From NCBI GenBank assembly GCA_947449135.1, contig CANFQO010000001.1, positions 84,946 through 148,945 of the forward strand: a DNA stretch of 64,000 nucleotides. Reading direction: 5' to 3'. Below, piece by piece: positions 59,042 through 64,000 of the stretch. The notes below the pieces were generated by a model. That model had not been told where the DNA came from. It was given only the letters and a program-made list of their open reading frames with translations, and ran no database searches. A program made the translations under genes and the position numbers. Numbering within the stretch: the stretch's first letter is position 1; every line of letters starts with the position of its first letter. This DNA is from Planctomycetaceae bacterium. GTDB taxonomy: Bacteria > Planctomycetota > Planctomycetia > Pirellulales > UBA1268.

Positions 59042-61540
59042 ATGCGATACGCCGCCATCACCTTCATCCTGCTGACGAGCACCGCGCCGGTGCTCGTGCA
59101 TGCCGCCGACGAGGCCACGCCAGCCGCGGCGATCCATGTGCACGAGGGCTTTGCCGTGGAGCGGGTCTACTCGGTGCCGCGCGACCAGGGCTCGTGGGTC
59201 GCGATGTGCTTCGACGACAAGGGGCGGATCTATGCGTCGGACCAGGGGATGCGGCTGTTTCGGATCACACCGCCGCCGCCTGAATCGACTGCGCCAGCCG
59301 CTGTGGAGCTGGTTTCGGACCAGTGGGGCTTCTCTCAAGGCATGGCCTTCATTCAGGGCAGTCTCTACCTGATCCAGCATGGCGACCGGGCAGAAGAAAA
59401 TCCCCGTCCTGACCGTCTCCTGCGGATCAGCGACACCAACGGCGACGGCGATCTCGACTCGGCCGAAACGCTCCATGAATTCCCACGCGTGACTGGGGAC
59501 GCCTCCAACTGGGTGGAGCACAGCCTGCATGCGGTGGTGCCGGGGCCCGATGGCCGCTCCATCTTCATCATCAGCGGCGACCGCAACGGCCTGCCGTGCA
59601 GCCAGGGATGCACGCCGAAGCACTGGAACCGCGATAGTTGGGAGCACGGTTTCACAGCGGAGCCGTATTCGGGCGGCTGGGTCGTGAAGGCCGATCTCGA
59701 CGGCCAGAACATGGAATATGTCTGCATGGGCCTGCGCAATGGCTACGACATGGCCTTCAACCGCCATGGTGATCTCTTCACGTACGACAGTGATCTCGAA
59801 AACGATATTGGCCTGCCCAACTACCGCCCCACCGCGATCCGCCAGATTCTCAGCGGCGGCGACAACGGCTGGGGTGGTCGGGCGGGAGAGATGCTATGGA
59901 GTTGGACGCCCACCTGGGAAGACATCCAACCGCCACTGAAGAACATCGGCCCCGGCTCTCCCACGGGCGTCTGTTTCGGCTACGGCGCGAGGTTCCCGGC
60001 CCGCTACCAGCAGGCCTTGTTTGCCTGCGATTGGAGCTACGGCCGGATGTTTGCGGTTCACCTGCGTCCGCAGGGGGCATCGTATACGGCTGATCCCGAG
60101 CCTTTCCTGAGTGCCCAGGGTCTGCCAATCGCTGATGTGGCCGTGTCGCCCGTCGATGGGGCTCTCTACTTTGTCATTGGTGGACGGGGCACCCAGTCGG
60201 GGCTCTACCGTGTTGTCTACACAGGCACCGAGAGCACCACGCTAGCCGTGGACGAGCCACTCGATGAGGCCACCGCGGTGGCCCAGTCGCTCCGTCGACG
60301 GCTGGAGCGATTCCACGGCCGCACCGATCCTGCCGCGGTGGCGGAGGCCTGGCCGGCCCTTGGCCATGAAGACCGAGCCATCCGTGCCGCGGCACGGGCG
60401 GGGCTCGAATCTCAGCCGGTGATGGAATGGAGAGATCGTGCTCTGACGGAGACCAATCCCCGCATAGCGCTGCAGGCACTCCTGGCGCTGGCCCGCTCCA
60501 CTGACCGCGATCCCACGGCGCAGCCGTCCTTGCTCACCGCCCTCGAGCGATTTGACTTTCCTTCGCTCTCCCCAGACGGGCAGTGCTGGTATCTGCGAAT
60601 CCTCACCGTCTCGGGAGTTCGCCACGGCCGGTATCCGGCCGACGTCGCCGCCCGCCTGCTGGCCAGAATCGAGCCGGTCCTTCCGTCGCCCGATACACGA
60701 GTCAACGAAGAGATCGTGGCCCTCGCCGCCGCCCTGCAGAGCAGCACCTTCCAGGCCCCCACGCTCGACCTGCTCGAGAACAGTCGCACCCAGGAAGAGC
60801 AGGTGCTCTACACCCAGGCCCTGGTGAGTTCCGCAGCCAGCACCGCCTGGACGCCAGACCTCCGGGAGCGGTTCTTTGCCCTCTCGATGGAGCGGGTGCC
60901 CCAGTGGAAGGGAGGCTTCACCGCGCGGAGTGTGCGAGACCGCATCCTGCACGGGGTGGTGTCGCTCCTTTCCGATGCCCAGCGACAGTCTCATGCCGAA
61001 CGCATCGCCGCTGCCCTCCAGCCACCGCCCGCACTACCCACGATCACCCGTCCGTTTGTCAGGCACTGGCAGATGGAAGACCTCGTGCCGGAACTCGAGT
61101 CGGGCTTATCAGAGCCGAGGGATCTTGAACGTGGACGGCGGCTGTTCACCGCCACCTCGTGCGTCGTCTGCCACAGCTTTCAGGGGGCGGGGGGAATGGG
61201 TGGCCCAGACCTGACGACGGCCGGCAGTCGATACAGCCCCCGCGACCTGCTCGAAAATATCCTCCTCCCGAGCAAGGTGATCAACGAGCAGTACGGGCTC
61301 CTGATCTTTACCAAGACCGACGGCACGACGCTCACCGGCCGCACCGTCAACATGGCGGGCGACATGCTGATGGTCGCCACGAATCCCAACGATCCCGGTG
61401 GTAGCGAGGTGCGGTTTACCCTCGGCGAGTTGGAAAGCACCACGCCGTCAGCGGTGTCGCTCATGCCGCAGGGCCTGCTCGACACGCTCACACGCGATGA
61501 GATTCTCGACCTGCTAGCCTATCTGCGGACTCGTTCGTAG
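59042..61540 (+). CDS. Putative membrane-bound-dehydrogenase domain + HEAT-like repeats + C-terminal heme-binding domain protein
   Basis: ATG 59042 is preceded by AGGAG, and a signal peptide is present. The N-terminal propeller-like domain contains NGDGDLD. The C-terminus, CVVCHSFQGAGGMGGPDLTTAGSRYSPRDLLENILLPSKVI, is typical of the Pirellula/Verrucomicrobium-type heme-binding domain. Confidence 0.8.
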   Translation: MRYAAITFILLTSTAPVLVHAADEATPAAAIHVHEGFAVERVYSVPRDQGSWVAMCFDDKGRIYASDQGMRLFRITPPPPESTAPAAVELVSDQWGFSQGMAFIQGSLYLIQHGDRAEENPRPDRLLRISDTNGDGDLDSAETLHEFPRVTGDASNWVEHSLHAVVPGPDGRSIFIISGDRNGLPCSQGCTPKHWNRDSWEHGFTAEPYSGGWVVKADLDGQNMEYVCMGLRNGYDMAFNRHGDLFTYDSDLENDIGLPNYRPTAIRQILSGGDNGWGGRAGEMLWSWTPTWEDIQPPLKNIGPGSPTGVCFGYGARFPARYQQALFACDWSYGRMFAVHLRPQGASYTADPEPFLSAQGLPIADVAVSPVDGALYFVIGGRGTQSGLYRVVYTGTESTTLAVDEPLDEATAVAQSLRRRLERFHGRTDPAAVAEAWPALGHEDRAIRAAARAGLESQPVMEWRDRALTETNPRIALQALLALARSTDRDPTAQPSLLTALERFDFPSLSPDGQCWYLRILTVSGVRHGRYPADVAARLLARIEPVLPSPDTRVNEEIVALAAALQSSTFQAPTLDLLENSRTQEEQVLYTQALVSSAASTAWTPDLRERFFALSMERVPQWKGGFTARSVRDRILHGVVSLLSDAQRQSHAERIAAALQPPPALPTITRPFVRHWQMEDLVPELESGLSEPRDLERGRRLFTATSCVVCHSFQGAGGMGGPDLTTAGSRYSPRDLLENILLPSKVINEQYGLLIFTKTDGTTLTGRTVNMAGDMLMVATNPNDPGGSEVRFTLGELESTTPSAVSLMPQGLLDTLTRDEILDLLAYLRTRS

Positions 61541-61585
61541 AGCGCATCCAACAGCCGTCGAGGAACCCAAGCCGCCGGGGGAGAG

Positions 61586-63292
61586 GTGATGCATACCCGC
61601 CAACACGACAGTGTCTTCGTCCGATTGCTGTCGTGGATCCGTCCTCAACAGTCTCTGCGATTGAGTGCATGGGGCTGCCTGCTGACCCTCGTAACGCTCT
61701 CCTGCCAGCCTGCATCCGCTGAGCCGAATGCTTCTGAGCAGCGTGCAGCCCCGCGCCGCTGGAACATCCTCTTCGTGTTTGCCGACGATTGGGGCCGCTA
61801 CGCAAGCTGCTATGCCGGCCTTGAAGACAGGCCCTCAATCAATGACGTCGTCCGCACGCCGAACATCGACCGGCTCGCCAGTGAAGGCGTGCTGTTTCGA
61901 AACGCGTTCGTCAATGCGCCATCCTGCACACCCTGCCGAAGCTCCATGCTTTCTGGCCGACCATTTTTCAACTGTGGTCGCGGTGCGATCCTGCACGGCG
62001 CCGTGTGGGACGAGAGCATCCCGACGTTTCCGTTGCTGCTCCGCGATGCCGGCTATCAGATCGGCAAAACCCTCAAGGTGTGGAGCCCAGGCGAACCCGC
62101 CGATGCCCCTTTTGGCGGCCAGCGGTATGCCTATGAATCGGCCGGCACCCAGTCGCGGCATTTTTCCACTGCGGCGACAGAGATGGTCCATCAAGGCACG
62201 ACTGTGGAGCAGGCACGTGGCACACTCCTCGCCGAGGTCCGCGGCAACTTCGACGCCTTCCTGCGGGACGGCCAGAATGAAAAACCCTGGCTTTACTTCG
62301 CGGGCACCACCACCACGCACCGCAAGTGGGTGGCGGAATCGGGCAGGCGACTGTGGGGCATCGATCCCGACAGCCTGCAGGGAAAGCTGCCCCCGTTCCT
62401 GCCAGACGTGCCCGAGATCCGCGAGGACGTCGCCGACTACCTCGGCGAGGTACAGGCGGTCGACGCCTACGTGGGAGTGCTCCGCGAGCGGCTGGAGGAA
62501 ACAGGCCAGCTCGACAACACGCTCATCGTCTGCAGCGGGGATCACGGCATGCCGGGCGTGCCGGCAGGCAAGAACAATCTCTACGATCATGGCGTGCAGG
62601 TGGCGCTGGTGGCGCGCGTGCCAGGGGGCGTGGGCGGGCGGGTCGTCGATGATTTCGTGTCACTTCCCGACCTGGCCCCAACGTTTCTGGAGATCGGCGG
62701 GGTCAAGCCTCCAGAGGGGCTCTATGGTCGAAGCCTCATGCCGCAACTGACCGCCTCCAGCGGCGGTCAGATCGATCCATCACGCACGTATGTGCTGACG
62801 GGCCGGGAGCGGCATGTCGCCGCAGCCCGCGAGGGCTATCTGCCCTATCCGAGCCGGGCCATCCGCACGCCCGAGTATCTCTACATCCGCAATTTTGCCC
62901 CCGACCGTTGGCCGCTCGGTTCACCCGACGGGACCATCGGGCCAAGGCCAGCAAAGCCGTTGACGGTCGAGAACGACACCTACGCCGCCTTCGCCGATGT
63001 GGACGCCGGTCCCACCAAGACCTGGATGATTCGTCATCGTGATGTTCCCCAGTGGCAGTGGCTCTACGACTATGCCTTCGGCAAGCGGCCAGCGGAGGAG
63101 CTCTACGATCTCCGCACCGACCCCCACCAGGTCACCAACGTGGCCGGTAGATCGGAATATGCCGACACGCAGTCCGATCTCAGCCGGCGGCTCCTGGCGG
63201 AACTCAAGCAGCTCGGAGACCCGCGGCTGGCGGAGGTCGTGCCGTTTGAGCATTCGCCATTCACCGACCCGCTTGCGCGGGTCAAGCCCTAA
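61586..63292 (+). CDS. Sulfatase
   Basis: Motifs WNILFVFADDWGRY, SCTPCRSSMLSGR (CxPxR) and IVCSGDHGMPG, plus a signal-like N-terminus. GTG 61586 or ATG 61589 could be the start. Confidence 0.88.
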   Translation: MMHTRQHDSVFVRLLSWIRPQQSLRLSAWGCLLTLVTLSCQPASAEPNASEQRAAPRRWNILFVFADDWGRYASCYAGLEDRPSINDVVRTPNIDRLASEGVLFRNAFVNAPSCTPCRSSMLSGRPFFNCGRGAILHGAVWDESIPTFPLLLRDAGYQIGKTLKVWSPGEPADAPFGGQRYAYESAGTQSRHFSTAATEMVHQGTTVEQARGTLLAEVRGNFDAFLRDGQNEKPWLYFAGTTTTHRKWVAESGRRLWGIDPDSLQGKLPPFLPDVPEIREDVADYLGEVQAVDAYVGVLRERLEETGQLDNTLIVCSGDHGMPGVPAGKNNLYDHGVQVALVARVPGGVGGRVVDDFVSLPDLAPTFLEIGGVKPPEGLYGRSLMPQLTASSGGQIDPSRTYVLTGRERHVAAAREGYLPYPSRAIRTPEYLYIRNFAPDRWPLGSPDGTIGPRPAKPLTVENDTYAAFADVDAGPTKTWMIRHRDVPQWQWLYDYAFGKRPAEELYDLRTDPHQVTNVAGRSEYADTQSDLSRRLLAELKQLGDPRLAEVVPFEHSPFTDPLARVKP

Positions 63293-63296
63293 CCGC

Positions 63297-64000
63297 TCAG
63301 AGGCCAGCCTTTGCCTTGGCTCCGTTCGGTGGCCAGAGCGGCTCCATCTGCTCAGCATTCCAGGCGTTCCAAAGCGACTGCAGTTCCGCGGCCTTGGCCG
63401 GCTCGGCGGCGATGAGATCGTTCTTCTCACCGACATCGACCGCGAGATTAAAGAGCGCCGGTTCCTTGATGCCCACGCCCCGCACCAGCTTCCAGTCGCC
63501 GTGGCGAATGGCCATCTGCTTCCCGAAACGCCAGTAGAGTGTCTGGTGTGGCTTGTCAGCATTCGTTCCGGTGAGATACGGCAGCAGGTTCACGCCGTCG
63601 AGCTTCCAGTCTGGCGACACCGCGCCACCGGCGGCAGCGAGGAATGTCGGCAGCAGATCGAGCTGGATCACGGGATGTTCGTAGACCGTTCCTGCCGGCA
63701 GCTTGCCCTTCCACTGCATCATGAACGGCACACGGACCCCGCCCTCCCAGGTCTGGGCCTTGAAGCCACGGAGTGGGCCATTGCTCGAAGTGGTCTTTTC
63801 AGTGGGCCCGCCATTGTCGGAGAAATAGACCACGAGCGTGTTCTCCTCCTGGGCAAGTTCCCGCACCTTTGCCAGCACGCGGCCGACGGCATCGTCCTTG
63901 GCCGACATCATGGCCGCGAACAGCCGGCGGTTCTCGTCACCGATCTGCGGGAAGCGGTCGAGGTATTTCGGTGGTGCCTGCAGCGGGGCATGCTGGGCAT
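63297..64000 (-). CDS. Sulfatase, C-terminal part (5' end outside window)
   Basis: The reading frame stays open to the window edge (…HAPLQAPPKYLDRFPQIGDENRRLFAAMMSAKDDAVG…VVYFSDNGGP…GFKAQTWEGGVRVPFMMQW…). It is closely paralogous to the second module of 21859-24696. Confidence 0.85.
   Translation of the reverse strand, partial: AQHAPLQAPPKYLDRFPQIGDENRRLFAAMMSAKDDAVGRVLAKVRELAQEENTLVVYFSDNGGPTEKTTSSNGPLRGFKAQTWEGGVRVPFMMQWKGKLPAGTVYEHPVIQLDLLPTFLAAAGGAVSPDWKLDGVNLLPYLTGTNADKPHQTLYWRFGKQMAIRHGDWKLVRGVGIKEPALFNLAVDVGEKNDLIAAEPAKAAELQSLWNAWNAEQMEPLWPPNGAKAKAGL

Overview
GC-rich, gene-dense chromosomal segment: about 36 protein-coding genes with short gaps. I found no rRNA, tRNA, CRISPR array, transposase or integrase. 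The gene content is typical of Planctomycetota (Pirellulales-like). It includes two operon-like pairs of a giant planctomycete cytochrome-c/DUF1549/DUF1553 protein followed by a TAT-signal DUF1501 protein. There are five sulfatase genes (one a tandem fusion of two complete domains, two cut by the window edges) plus one sulfatase relic. There are three large dehydrogenase/beta-propeller proteins with CxxCH heme domains, a TAT-signal Gfo/Idh/MocA oxidoreductase, and an FG-GAP protein. Housekeeping genes are interspersed: cimA, ftsK, aroE, hemL, truB, a ribose-type sugar ABC transporter, and an mmsA plus class-III aminotransferase pair. Four things deserve a second look. (1) A perfect 94-bp inverted repeat brackets a 5.4-kb cassette holding a cyanophycin-synthetase-like gene and the tandem sulfatase. 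(2) That repeat belongs to a dispersed GC-rich intergenic repeat family with four copies in the window. (3) The cyanophycin-synthetase-like gene has a degenerate, truncated Mur-ligase (M) domain, which is CphA2-like. (4) An apparently intact DabA (DUF2309) gene keeps all four predicted Zn ligands, but no DabB (NuoL-like) partner lies anywhere in the 64 kb. Instead it sits between a membrane-anchored transglutaminase-like protein and a small unknown protein. Family calls come from motif recognition by eye. No database search was run, and starts were chosen manually, so they may be off by a few codons.
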